Source: Nitrospirota bacterium
GTDB taxonomy: Bacteria; Nitrospirota; Thermodesulfovibrionia; Thermodesulfovibrionales; Dissulfurispiraceae
Direction: 5' to 3'
Length of the DNA stretch: 64,000 nt
NCBI GenBank assembly: GCA_963710375.1
Contig: CAVPZX010000005.1
Coordinates: forward strand, 96,001-160,000
Positions 18,563 through 27,611 of this stretch are shown piece by piece (positions within the stretch are counted from its first letter, which is position 1; each line of letters starts with the position of its first letter). The notes below the pieces were generated by a model. The model was not told the origin of the DNA and ran no database searches. It was given only the letters and a program-made list of their open reading frames with translations. Position numbers and translations under genes: made by a program.

Positions 18563-19471
18563 TTAAAAACTAAATGTCAGGTTAACCCCGTATACAAAGA
18601 TATCCTTAAGTTGACCGTTGGGGTTGAAAGCATGACCGTTTGTAATTTTGCTCGCATCGCTCGAAAGCGGAAACCAGTACTGGACAACAGGCTGAGCTGA
18701 TAACATCTTTGTAACAGGTATGGTATAGCCGACTTTCACCATGCCATCGTGGAATGCACTGTATTTAGGGCCGTTGTAGAGCCCGGTGGAGCTGCTATAT
18801 GTGTCCCAGAAATTTGAACTCCCATACTCATATCCGAATGATGCGCCCAGGTTGACGGTGGTCTCTTTGTACACCGGGATGGACTGGGAGAATGAGAGAT
18901 TGAAGTATGTGCCGGGGTAGTGATTGACGTCACGGTAGATCGCAAGTGTAGGGTGTGCGATCATATCGTAAGTGCCGCTTACATAAACCTCTTCTGTTTC
19001 AGGCGCATATTGTGTACCGTAATAGATAAATCCGCCGGTGAGGGCCAGCTTGTCGATGTTGTAGGTATAGTTAAGAGTCAGGTCAGTCTCGTCGTAGTTA
19101 TTGTGCCCTCTGGAAGTTGTAACAGGAGCAAAGTTTTGAGTTGCGTGCTCGCTGGTGTCGATGTTGCTCCATAAATTTGCTGAGAAGCCTGCGTAGTTAA
19201 TCGTAAGTGTCGGTTGAAAGACAGCGCTATGCGAACTGAGTTCGTATCCTCTGAATATGTAGTGATTAAGAACAGACAGCGCTGCGCTGCCGGTGACTGC
19301 AGGAGCCGCAGGAGCCGCCGCAGGTGCTGCCTCAGCTGCCGGTGCAGCAGGAGCTGCAGGAGCTGCAGGAGCTGCCGCTGCTGGTTGATCTTCAGCATAA
19401 AGATTGGAAGATACTGTAAAAACTAATGCAAAGACAATAATAGCACCGATAAATTTTCTCATCCTTTTCAC
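18563..19471 (-). CDS. TorF/TIGR02001-like outer-membrane beta-barrel with Ala/Pro linker
   Basis: Signal peptide, YIFRG, ETDLTLNY, aromatic-rich beta strands, C-terminal Phe (LTFSF). Confidence 0.75.
   Translation of the reverse strand: MKRMRKFIGAIIVFALVFTVSSNLYAEDQPAAAAPAAPAAPAAPAAEAAPAAAPAAPAVTGSAALSVLNHYIFRGYELSSHSAVFQPTLTINYAGFSANLWSNIDTSEHATQNFAPVTTSRGHNNYDETDLTLNYTYNIDKLALTGGFIYYGTQYAPETEEVYVSGTYDMIAHPTLAIYRDVNHYPGTYFNLSFSQSIPVYKETTVNLGASFGYEYGSSNFWDTYSSSTGLYNGPKYSAFHDGMVKVGYTIPVTKMLSAQPVVQYWFPLSSDASKITNGHAFNPNGQLKDIFVYGVNLTFSF
19297..19383 (-). repeat. 9-bp coding tandem repeat (Ala-Ala-Pro linker)
   Basis: (gcaggagct/gcc)n encoding AAAAPAAPAAPAAPAAEAAPAAAPAAPA. Confidence 0.8.
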
Positions 19472-19500
19472 TATGTCCTCCCTATGGATGTTTTACAGGC

Positions 19501-19722
19501 TTAAGCCTGTTTTTCCGTTGTCTGCATTACAACAAGGTCTCTGCTCTTTTCCTGTTTTTCCTCACTCCTCCTTATTCCATATTTTTTAATCTTGTACCCG
19601 ATCATCCTCTCGGTTATGCCGAGTTGCCGGGCTGCCTTAGCCATCACCCAACTGCATTCACTGAGGGCGTCGATTATTGCCTCTCTTTCCATCTCCTTCA
19701 CTTTGTCTCTCAATGTATTCAT
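19501..19722 (-). CDS. Stand-alone Fis/NifA-type HTH protein
   Basis: EMEREAIIDAL..WVMAKAARQLGITERMIGYKIKKYGI resembles the NifA-family C-terminal HTH; own GAGGTG RBS. Confidence 0.85.
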   Translation of the reverse strand: MNTLRDKVKEMEREAIIDALSECSWVMAKAARQLGITERMIGYKIKKYGIRRSEEKQEKSRDLVVMQTTEKQA

Positions 19723-19747
19723 TGCGCAATCACCTCTCTCAGGTACA

Positions 19748-19841
19748 AGCTAAAACTGTGCCAGCCTGCAACCTCTTGATTTCTATGCGAACCTTAATGA
19801 GGGGGTTACGACAAATTTGTATAATGGGACAACTTTGTAGG
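19748..19841 (-). promoter_or_regulatory. sigma54 promoter, IHF site and twin ACA-N4-TGT boxes
   Basis: CTGGCACAGTTTTAGCT (19748-19764); AATCAAGAGGTTG fits IHF WATCAAN4TTR (19769-19781); boxes at 19811-19820 and 19829-19838. Confidence 0.85.
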
Positions 19842-19900
19842 TCGTGGGGGTACATCTGAAGGTTATGGCAGCGGGTCAAAGAAAAAAGAACAAAGCTTAA

Positions 19901-20629
19901 CTATGGCAGTGTCATTTGCCTTTTTGTATTGATCAGGGTTTCGACTTCCTTGTTTGCAGGATGGTTGAATATTTCAGAGGGGGTACCGGTTTGCGCGACC
20001 CTGCCGTTTGCATAGACAATGATGGTATCGGCCATTGTGTAAGCCTCAAAAATATCATGGGTGACAAGAACAACCGGTATATCGTACGCATTTCTCACGT
20101 CGTTCAAAAACTCGCCCATCTCAATGCGGAGGGGATTGTCGAGTGCGGAAAACGGTTCATCAAGGAGAAGCACATCCGGCTTCCGGATAAGCGCCCTCGC
20201 AAAGGCAACCCGCTGCTGCTGACCTCCGGAAAGTTTTGAAGGCAGACTGTCTGCAACTCCCTCAAGGCGAAAGGTCCCGATTATCTCCTCAACGATTCTT
20301 TTGCACTCGCTAGCAGCGGTCCCTGTAGCACCGTATCGTATATTTTCCCTGACTGTCATGTGAGGGAAGAGGGCAAGGTCCTGGAATACATAGCCGAAGG
20401 AGCGCTTTTGCGGGGGGAGGTCGATCCCTTTAAGGCTGTCAAACAGCACATTCTCCCCGGAGCGCACAACCCCCTCGTCAGGCCGCATGAGTCCGGCAAT
20501 CATCTGAAGGGTTATGGATTTTCCTGCTCCGGAATACCCGAAGAGGACGACAAGCTCGTTATCTATTTCCCAGGAGACATCGAGGGAGAATACGCCCGCC
20601 TTTTTTTTAAGGGTGACTGAAAGTCCCAT
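19901..20629 (-). CDS. modC: Molybdate ABC transporter ATPase
   Basis: GYSGAGKS Walker A, LSGGQQQR, LLLDEPF; ATG overlaps the modB TGA. Confidence 0.9.
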   Translation of the reverse strand: MGLSVTLKKKAGVFSLDVSWEIDNELVVLFGYSGAGKSITLQMIAGLMRPDEGVVRSGENVLFDSLKGIDLPPQKRSFGYVFQDLALFPHMTVRENIRYGATGTAASECKRIVEEIIGTFRLEGVADSLPSKLSGGQQQRVAFARALIRKPDVLLLDEPFSALDNPLRIEMGEFLNDVRNAYDIPVVLVTHDIFEAYTMADTIIVYANGRVAQTGTPSEIFNHPANKEVETLINTKRQMTLP

Positions 20630-21294
20630 CAGATAATCCGCCTGCTGTATTTGTTCGCAAGATAGAGGAACCCCCCTGAGAGCATGGTCAGCAGCAGGAC
20701 CATGGCATGCGCCCTTGACCATTCGCCGCTGCCGGCAAGTGAGTAAATTGCAAGCGGCATGGTGTCGGTCTTGCCGGGAAGGTTCCCGGCCAGCATAAGC
20801 GTAGCGCCGAACTCGCCCATGGCGCGGGCGAAGGAGAGCACAACTCCTGCAATGATACCTTTTTTTGCGAGCGGGAGAATTATCCTGACAGCTGTCTGGA
20901 ACTCTGTGCGCCCCAATGTATAGGAAGCATTGATCAGATTGGCATCGACCGACTCGATTGCCGCGCGCGCCGTTTTTATCATAAGCGGGAGCGCGACAAC
21001 AAACGATGCGAGCACTGCTGCGTACCATGTGAACATAATGGTCCAGCCGGTCCAGTGATATATGATTTTGCCCACAATGCCGTTTCTTCCGAAAAGTACG
21101 ATGAGATAATAGCCGGTAACTGTAGGTGGCAGGACCAGAGGGAGTGTAAAGAGAATATCGAGAAGTTCCTTGCCCCTAAAGTTTTTTCGAGCAAGAAAGT
21201 AAGCAACGGTTATGCCGGTTACGAAAACAAAAGCTGTGGCAACTGTCGCCACCTGAAGAGAGAGACGCATTGAAAAAAATACTGAACTGTCCAT
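20629..21294 (-). CDS. modB: Molybdate ABC transporter permease
   Basis: LPLVLPPTVTGY, FARAMGEFGAT. Confidence 0.95.
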   Translation of the reverse strand: MDSSVFFSMRLSLQVATVATAFVFVTGITVAYFLARKNFRGKELLDILFTLPLVLPPTVTGYYLIVLFGRNGIVGKIIYHWTGWTIMFTWYAAVLASFVVALPLMIKTARAAIESVDANLINASYTLGRTEFQTAVRIILPLAKKGIIAGVVLSFARAMGEFGATLMLAGNLPGKTDTMPLAIYSLAGSGEWSRAHAMVLLLTMLSGGFLYLANKYSRRII

Positions 21295-21338
21295 ACGTCA
21301 ATATCCGGCACTATCCCGGCCATGACCATGCCGTCTCA

Positions 21339-22073
21339 TTATAATCCGCCGCATACATCGCAGTGTGGGTCTCTTCGGATAGTGAGCTTCCTGAAATCCA
21401 TATCTATTGTGTTAAATGACAGCATCTGAGATATTAATGGCTTGCCGTATCCTGTGAGGAGCTTTATCGCCTCTATGCTCATGATGCAGCCGAGCATGCC
21501 TGACACAGCGCCCAGCACCGGGAAGCCCAGTTCCTCCCACCCGGGGTCATCCGAAGGGTAAAGGCAGTTGAGGCAAGGCGTGGTGCCGGCTACAATATTA
21601 AAAATATATCCTTCCATTCCATTCATTGCCGCTTCGACCAGAGGGACACCTTTTTTTACACATGCCTTGTTCAATACTCTTCGTTCGTGAAAAGTGGGGC
21701 GGGCAGAAAGCGCTATTTGAACTCCGCTAAGCAGCTTCTCAACATTCGCCTCCGAGGTCCGCTCGTCATGGATTTCAACTTCCACTTCCGGGTTTATATC
21801 CTCAATGCTCTTCATTCCCTGAACAACCCTGCTTTTTCCTACCCAGTCATCTCTCATCAATATCTGCCTGTTCATGTTGGAAAGGGTCAGGTTGCCGGAG
21901 TGGGCAAAGATCATTTTCCCGATCCCTGCGACTGCGAGATATAGTGCGGCAGTTCCGCCAAGCCCTCCAATTCCGGAGACAAGAGCAGTGGAGTTTTTAA
22001 GCTTTTGCTGATGGTCCGGGGTAAATCCCCCAAGCATCAATTGCCTGCGGTAACGTTCAAAAGACGTTGTCAC
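21339..22073 (-). CDS. hesA: HesA (ThiF/MoeB E1-like) nif-associated protein
   Basis: RYRRQL, GIGGLGG, SNMNRQ, CLNC and CDVC; GTG start after GGAGAGG. Confidence 0.85.
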   Translation of the reverse strand: MTTSFERYRRQLMLGGFTPDHQQKLKNSTALVSGIGGLGGTAALYLAVAGIGKMIFAHSGNLTLSNMNRQILMRDDWVGKSRVVQGMKSIEDINPEVEVEIHDERTSEANVEKLLSGVQIALSARPTFHERRVLNKACVKKGVPLVEAAMNGMEGYIFNIVAGTTPCLNCLYPSDDPGWEELGFPVLGAVSGMLGCIMSIEAIKLLTGYGKPLISQMLSFNTIDMDFRKLTIRRDPHCDVCGGL

Positions 22074-22950
22074 AGTAATCCTCTCCGATTTTGGCATTAA
22101 GCATCTCAAGCTCCATATCTTTGTCCTCGCCGATAATTCCGCATGCGTCAGCCCTGCATTGTTTGCAGTGGGTCATCTGAGGTATGTGCTGCCTGCAGGT
22201 CTCGCGTATTTTGTAAATGGTCTCTCTTGAGGGCCTTTCCAGATGCCCGAAAGAAGCCTGAGGAATGAGCGGTAAAATATTCATGATGTCTGCGCCCAGT
22301 TCTCCCGCTAATTTTGCGATAAGAGGAATTTCCGTGTCATTTATTCCCGGAATAAAAACTGTATTAACCTTAACAATAAGTCCCGATTCTATGGCATTGC
22401 TGAGACCCTTCCACTGATTGCACAATAAGTATTCGGCAGCCTCCCCGTTATGATAACGCTTTCCGCCTTTATTTATCCACGCGTAAACCCTTTCAGCTGT
22501 TTCGGGAAATACTGCATTTATAGTTATGGTCAGGCTTCTTACCCCTGATTTTATAAGTTCTTCGAGACGCTCGGGAAGAAGGAGCCCGTTTGTTGAAACG
22601 CACAAAATAAGATCGGGGAATTCCCTGTGCAGTGCATGCATAACGTCAAAAGTGGCTCTGTTAGCGAGCGGGTCCCCGGGCCCCGCAATCCCTGCAACGC
22701 TCAGGTTTCCGCTTCGTTCCACGAGGGTGCGCACTCTTTCGACCGCTTCGTCTGCGGAGAGCACCTTGCTTGTTATTCCAGGCCTGGATTCATTGGCGCA
22801 ATCGTATTTCCTTATGCAATAGTTGCACTGGATATTGCACGCCGGGGCCACGGGAAGATGTATGCGTCCGAATTTATGATGTGCGCTCTCCGAAAAACAT
22901 GGATGCTGCTCCATTATGCTCCCTTTTTTATTCAGTGTAAGTGGTATCAC
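22057..22950 (-). CDS. nifB: FeMo-co biosynthesis radical SAM protein NifB (short form without NifX domain)
   Basis: HPCF, RIHLPVAPACNIQCNYC, NESRPG, AGPGDPL, CKQCRADACG. Confidence 0.95.
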   Translation of the reverse strand: MIPLTLNKKGSIMEQHPCFSESAHHKFGRIHLPVAPACNIQCNYCIRKYDCANESRPGITSKVLSADEAVERVRTLVERSGNLSVAGIAGPGDPLANRATFDVMHALHREFPDLILCVSTNGLLLPERLEELIKSGVRSLTITINAVFPETAERVYAWINKGGKRYHNGEAAEYLLCNQWKGLSNAIESGLIVKVNTVFIPGINDTEIPLIAKLAGELGADIMNILPLIPQASFGHLERPSRETIYKIRETCRQHIPQMTHCKQCRADACGIIGEDKDMELEMLNAKIGEDYCDNVF

Positions 22951-23008
22951 CTGTATCCCTCCTGAGTGTTCAATCTCTTTATCTGTGACACTGCGCTATC
23001 TTATATAC

Positions 23009-23094
23009 AGCAAGCAGTGTGCCACTGTATAACTTATTGATTATAAAAAGAACACTGTTTCTCAATTAGAACTTAAAATGTCGTAAATGCTACA
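23009..23094 (-). promoter_or_regulatory. nifB sigma54 promoter, IHF site and TGT-N10-ACA UAS
   Basis: TGGCACACTGCTTGCT (23009-23024); AATCAATAAGTTA (23030-23042); TGTcgtaaatgctACA (23079-23094). Confidence 0.88.
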
Positions 23095-23162
23095 AAATAG
23101 TAGTAACGATGATTTGAGGCATATGGTAACAGATTCCGGACATGCGGTATGACAGAAAAATC

Positions 23163-23193
23163 AGCCTCCAATCCCGGTGGCGGGATGGAGGCT
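23163..23193 (-). terminator. Putative terminator after fdxB
   Basis: agcctcca-a-tcccg/cggga-tggaggct hairpin followed by GATTTTT on the minus strand. Confidence 0.7.
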
Positions 23194-23240
23194 CGCCATA
23201 AGATCGTTCAAAAAGACTTAGTATCTAGAGGCGTGTGTAG

Positions 23241-23516
23241 CTACATCGCGATATGAATGTGGCATTTTTTCGTACAGGTCCGATTGCATGCCTCGCAGCC
23301 GATGCAATTCTCGGGATGGGCAACGGACATCACTTTGTTGCCCATGTCATCGCCGTATTCATCCTCGCCCTCAAAGGGTTTTTCGATAAGCTCCAGCACA
23401 TCCCTGCTGCAGACCTTGTAACAGCGCCCGCAGCCAATGCATTTTTCAACGTCAATCGATTCAATGAATTGCGGCGTCCATGTCTGTCCGCCCCTTGTGT
23501 ATCCGACAACTGCCAT
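23241..23516 (-). CDS. fdxB: Ferredoxin III, nif-specific
   Basis: TRGGQTWTP, CIGCGRCYKVC, CIGCEACNRTC. Confidence 0.93.
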   Translation of the reverse strand: MAVVGYTRGGQTWTPQFIESIDVEKCIGCGRCYKVCSRDVLELIEKPFEGEDEYGDDMGNKVMSVAHPENCIGCEACNRTCTKKCHIHIAM

Positions 23517-23535
23517 GATCCCCTCCTAAAGAATC

Positions 23536-23660
23536 AGGTAAAGGTTTAGGTTAAGGTTAAGAAAAGAAAGACAACTTGCATTAGCCTCAACCTCTCCTTA
23601 ATCTTCACCAGCTCGAAAAATTAAACATCAAATCTCAACCTCAGCCTTAACCTCAACCTT
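23536..23660. repeat. Fold-back element of AGGTT(A/G) hexamers
   Basis: aggtaa-aggttt-aggtta-aggtta ... tcaacc-tcagcc-ttaacc-tcaacc. Confidence 0.75.
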
Positions 23661-23661
23661 T

Positions 23662-24081
23662 TTATGAAATGGCCTCTCCGTCTTTTTCTCCTGTCCGTAC
23701 TCTCTGCGCGCTTTCGACTGGAGAGATAAAAATTTTGCCGTCTCCTGTTTTACCTGTCCGGTTGACCTTGATGATCGATTTCACTATCTTGCTTACAACA
23801 TCATCAGGCACAACTATGGTAAGCATCCTTTTCGGCACGAAAAGAGCTACCTTGGGAAGCGTATGCTCGACTGCGTATGTCGAAGGCGTCGGTTTTAATT
23901 TGACCGACATGCAATAGTTGTCGGGCAGTTCCGGATCAAGGTCGTTATCGCATACTGCACCCTTTTGCTTTCCCCTTCCGTCAACGCTCTGGATACTGAC
24001 AGAAGGGTATCCCAGCTCGTCAAGGACATTCTTTGTCTCAGGGAGCTTGTCTCTCCTGATAATCGCAGTAATCTCTTTCAT
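23662..24081 (-). CDS. nifI2: PII-family nitrogenase regulator NifI2
   Basis: MKEITAIIR, GRGKQ, long T-loop, GDGKIFISPV, RVRTGE. Confidence 0.88.
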   Translation of the reverse strand: MKEITAIIRRDKLPETKNVLDELGYPSVSIQSVDGRGKQKGAVCDNDLDPELPDNYCMSVKLKPTPSTYAVEHTLPKVALFVPKRMLTIVVPDDVVSKIVKSIIKVNRTGKTGDGKIFISPVESAQRVRTGEKDGEAIS

Positions 24082-24395
24082 AGTACGGCCTCCCCCGTTC
24101 GTACGGTGTATACGCCGTCTACAGGGCTGGTGAATATCTTTCCATCCCCTATGAACCCTGTCCGCGCCTTATCATTAATGATGCCTATTACTTTTGCCAC
24201 ATCCTTGTCATCGACAACCATCATGATAAGTGTTTTCGGAAGTTCGTCATAATGTACCGGCCCAACCTGAAGCCCTTTCTGCTTCCCCCTTCCGAATACC
24301 GGCATTTTGGTGAGCGATGGGAATCCTGAGCCCTCAAGTGCCAGAACTACCTCCTGCTCTTTTTCAGGCCGTATAAATGCTCTTATCATCTTCAT
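24078..24395 (-). CDS. nifI1: PII-family nitrogenase regulator NifI1
   Basis: MKMIRAFIRPEK, VFGRGKQKG, YDELPK, GDGKIF. Confidence 0.9.
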   Translation of the reverse strand: MKMIRAFIRPEKEQEVVLALEGSGFPSLTKMPVFGRGKQKGLQVGPVHYDELPKTLIMMVVDDKDVAKVIGIINDKARTGFIGDGKIFTSPVDGVYTVRTGEAVL

Positions 24396-24462
24396 AGTGT
24401 TTTTCTCCTTTAAATTGTTATTGGCTCGTAAGCCTCAAGCCTGCCGGCTTGTATGCATCTTG

Positions 24463-24864
24463 TTATTGACGCGTGTCATTAAGCGCCTTCTTAAACCACG
24501 GCGGCGGAGATGTCTGCGCGGTAACAAGAAGTTTATCGAGTGACTCCTTTATGGAAACAATCTCTTTCACCTTTATCGGCATGATTCCCTTCTTTACCAG
24601 CCGTGCTGCAGAAGGCCCTCCGATTTCAGTAAGGTAAATGATCTTGCAGTCTGCAAGTCTATCTACCTTCTTCTCCACCTTGCTTTCATGTATTTGACCC
24701 ATGTCCTTTGTCGCCTCTATTTCGGTGTCCCTGCCTTCCGCAAATTTCCTGATTTCAACGAACCGGTAGTCCTTATCGTTCAACTCATAAACTGCGAACT
24801 TTCCCGCCCTGCCGAAATGTTCATCAACATTAATGCCGTCTGTTGTTGCGAATGCTACTTTCAT
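24463..24864 (-). CDS. nifX: FeMo-co carrier NifX
   Basis: MKVAFAT, VDEHFG, IGGPSAARL, PPPW. Confidence 0.93.
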   Translation of the reverse strand: MKVAFATTDGINVDEHFGRAGKFAVYELNDKDYRFVEIRKFAEGRDTEIEATKDMGQIHESKVEKKVDRLADCKIIYLTEIGGPSAARLVKKGIMPIKVKEIVSIKESLDKLLVTAQTSPPPWFKKALNDTRQ

Positions 24865-24883
24865 ATGTGCACCTCCTCACATT

Positions 24884-24961
24884 CAGGTTAAGGTTAAGGT
24901 TGAGGTTGAGATAAACCAACGTCTTTACTCTATTTCTTTTTTTTGTCTTAACCTTAACCTG
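24884..24961. repeat. Fold-back element of AGGTT(A/G) hexamers containing the nifEN stop
   Basis: caggttaaggttaaggttgaggttgag ... cttaaccttaacctg. Confidence 0.75.
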
Positions 24962-27590
24962 TTGCAAATATCGTTGCAATATCGTTTATAAGCGTAAGCG
25001 TTCCCCTGTACCCGATGGTTATCCTGGCGTTTCCTCCAAAAATCTTGTATAGAGGGAAACCCATTTGATAAAGCGTTATGCCGCAGCCACGGGCAGTATC
25101 CTCGCAGTGAGAATTGGAGATTATGAGATCACTTTCTCCAGAACCATATTTGCGGATAGTCCGGAGGTCCCCGATGATCAACTCGCGGGCCTCAATACTT
25201 TTTCCTGCTGCTGCAGCATGTGGAATCACTGAAAGCACTACCTCAGCGCCCATTTCAGACAGCCAGCGGGACGTCTGAACGGATAGGTCCGGCTCCAGGG
25301 CGGTAATCACTTTCTTTTTGCCGAACCAGCAATGAGCATCCCTCATTCCATCCATAAGGATGCGTCGCTGTCTGACATGCTTTGACGGTATGCTGTTACC
25401 GCTCAACAGAAACAGCGTTTCCATCAAAGCATCGGTATCCCGGAGACCTGTAATGCTCTCAAGCACCTTGTATTCTATGTCGAACCGTTCCTTTAATTTC
25501 CTGGCCGGGGACTCCATGCTCATTCCAATAGCAAGTGTGAATTCGGCATCACCCATGGTTTTAATTTCATCCAGGCTTGTTCCGCCTGCTGCGAGGGCGG
25601 AAAAGCCCTGTCTGCTGCCATCCAGTGCCGACAGGTCAGGGAGCATGACAGGGCGCAGCCCGAACGATTCTATGATTTCCCTCAGCTCAAGAAAGTCTGC
25701 AGGCGTCAGGTGGCAGCCGGCCAGAACATTGATCCGGCCTTTTGCTCTTTTTGCGCCCTGTTGATTACACCCGGCCATGCCGGTAAGCGCCTCTACAGCA
25801 GCGGCGTAGCCTGTTTCCAATCCTCCTTCGTAATCAGGAGTGGAGACGGAAAACACCTTTGCTTCCGAGTCTGAGGCACTAAAATGCTTTGCCACTGCTG
25901 ATAAGTCATCACCCTTTACATCCGACAGTCCGGAGGAAAGGATGCCAACTATTGCAGGGTTCTGTTTTTCGATAAACCCCCCGACCGAGCTGATGATATC
26001 TTCCTCGCTTCCCATGATGATATCTTCGGCAAACTGCTTTGTTCCGGCAAGGGCGATGGGCTCCCTGAAATGCTTTGTCAGAAGCACCTTGGCAAGAAAA
26101 GTACAGCCCTGTGCACCATGGATGAGCGGCAGCGCCATATCTACCCCTTGCATAGCAATAGCAGCTCCTATGGTCTGGGAATGCTTTAAAGGGTCAATGA
26201 TAATATCCCTGTCTTGTCTGTCATTACGAACATAGCGAGGCAATCCCTTATCGCCTGAGATAGGTTCGACCGCTTGAGCCTCGTAATGGTTATAAAATCT
26301 TATGGTGTTATCTATCTGTTCAGCAAGCGCGACCAGACCCTCATATCCAGCATATGCCGTATGCCGCTCCTGGTTAACATCCACAAAAGGGAAACCCTCT
26401 TTTATTGCAAGATACTGGTTTCTCCCTCCGGCTATAAGGATATCCGCCTTCCTTTCCGTCAGGAGCTTGAGAAGGTTTTTCGGAGCCACATCTTCCACCA
26501 GCGGCGCGTCCTGTCCCAGCAGCTGTCTCATCTTCTCCTCATCTTCAACAGTGCTCTTTTTCGTTCCCACAGCCACAACCTCAATCCCCAGGTCCATGAG
26601 GGCCGAGATAAAAGACCAACTCTTGACTCCTCCGGTATACAGTACCGCCTTTTTCCCCCTGAGATGCTGAAACCTCTTAAGTTTCTCTTCAATCTGCCTC
26701 TCCTCATGCGCGATGACAGCCTCAACTTTTTCATGCAAGCCCTGAACAAGAGTGCCCTCTGAGGTACGCAGTTTTTGTGCAATAGCACGCAAGGCCTTTG
26801 CCATCTCTGTTTTGCCGAAGAAGGAGACCTCCACATAAGGGATTCCGTATTTCGTTTCCATTGTCCGCGCAATATTGATCAAGGCACGGCTGCATACGAC
26901 CACATTCAGTTTTGCCCTGTGTGCATGGGTAATCTCTTCAAAGGAGGCATTGCCTGTGATCCTGGACATTACCCTTATTCCGGCTGCGTTAAGCACAGGC
27001 TCGACAAGCCACAAATCTCCTGCAATGTTATATTCACCTATAAGGTTGATGTCGAAATCAGTGGTATAGTCAGGCTCGCCAGTACCTATTACGGAATCGA
27101 GCAGCACTTCACCTGCAATCCTGTTTCCCAGGTTCTTGGGTCCCACAAAACCTGGTGCATTTACCGGGATGACCCTGATGCCGAGCTCGTTTTCCGCTCT
27201 TTTGCAGACGGCCTCTATATCTTCACCAATGAGACCGCTTACGCAGGTAGCATAGACAAAAACGGCCTTTGGACTAACTGTCTCGCAGGTCTTCACAATG
27301 GCGCTGTATAGCTTTTCACCGGAACCGAACACTATATCGATCTCGTTCATATCAGTGGTAAATCCCATTTTATGAAGGTCTCCCTTTTCAGACAGTGTGC
27401 CTCTTCCTTCCCATGTATTACCGCAGCAGGCAATGGGGCCATGTACAATGTGTGCTGCGTCTGCAATGGGCTGGAGCACGATCATAGCGCCGTCAAAGGC
27501 GCATGATTCCCCGCCCCGGGACCGGCAGATCTTATCCTTCTTTTCAGCAGAACAGCCACTCTCTGTTAATTTGTCCATGTTCGCAAACAT
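24954..27590 (-). CDS. nifEN: Fused nitrogenase scaffold NifEN
   Basis: NifE half (CAFDGA, HGPIACC, GPKNLGNR, YTGGVKSWS, NQERH) continuous in frame with NifN half (PLKHSQ, HGAQGC, HFREPI). Confidence 0.95.
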   Translation of the reverse strand: MFANMDKLTESGCSAEKKDKICRSRGGESCAFDGAMIVLQPIADAAHIVHGPIACCGNTWEGRGTLSEKGDLHKMGFTTDMNEIDIVFGSGEKLYSAIVKTCETVSPKAVFVYATCVSGLIGEDIEAVCKRAENELGIRVIPVNAPGFVGPKNLGNRIAGEVLLDSVIGTGEPDYTTDFDINLIGEYNIAGDLWLVEPVLNAAGIRVMSRITGNASFEEITHAHRAKLNVVVCSRALINIARTMETKYGIPYVEVSFFGKTEMAKALRAIAQKLRTSEGTLVQGLHEKVEAVIAHEERQIEEKLKRFQHLRGKKAVLYTGGVKSWSFISALMDLGIEVVAVGTKKSTVEDEEKMRQLLGQDAPLVEDVAPKNLLKLLTERKADILIAGGRNQYLAIKEGFPFVDVNQERHTAYAGYEGLVALAEQIDNTIRFYNHYEAQAVEPISGDKGLPRYVRNDRQDRDIIIDPLKHSQTIGAAIAMQGVDMALPLIHGAQGCTFLAKVLLTKHFREPIALAGTKQFAEDIIMGSEEDIISSVGGFIEKQNPAIVGILSSGLSDVKGDDLSAVAKHFSASDSEAKVFSVSTPDYEGGLETGYAAAVEALTGMAGCNQQGAKRAKGRINVLAGCHLTPADFLELREIIESFGLRPVMLPDLSALDGSRQGFSALAAGGTSLDEIKTMGDAEFTLAIGMSMESPARKLKERFDIEYKVLESITGLRDTDALMETLFLLSGNSIPSKHVRQRRILMDGMRDAHCWFGKKKVITALEPDLSVQTSRWLSEMGAEVVLSVIPHAAAAGKSIEARELIIGDLRTIRKYGSGESDLIISNSHCEDTARGCGITLYQMGFPLYKIFGGNARITIGYRGTLTLINDIATIFATG

Positions 27591-27611
27591 TGCAAGCCTC
27601 CCATTAGCGGG

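Noticed and set aside
20630..21028. 133-aa N-terminal extension of modC in the ORF track
   Set aside because: It overlaps modB in another frame; ATG 20629 coupled to the modB stop gives a normal ModC start.
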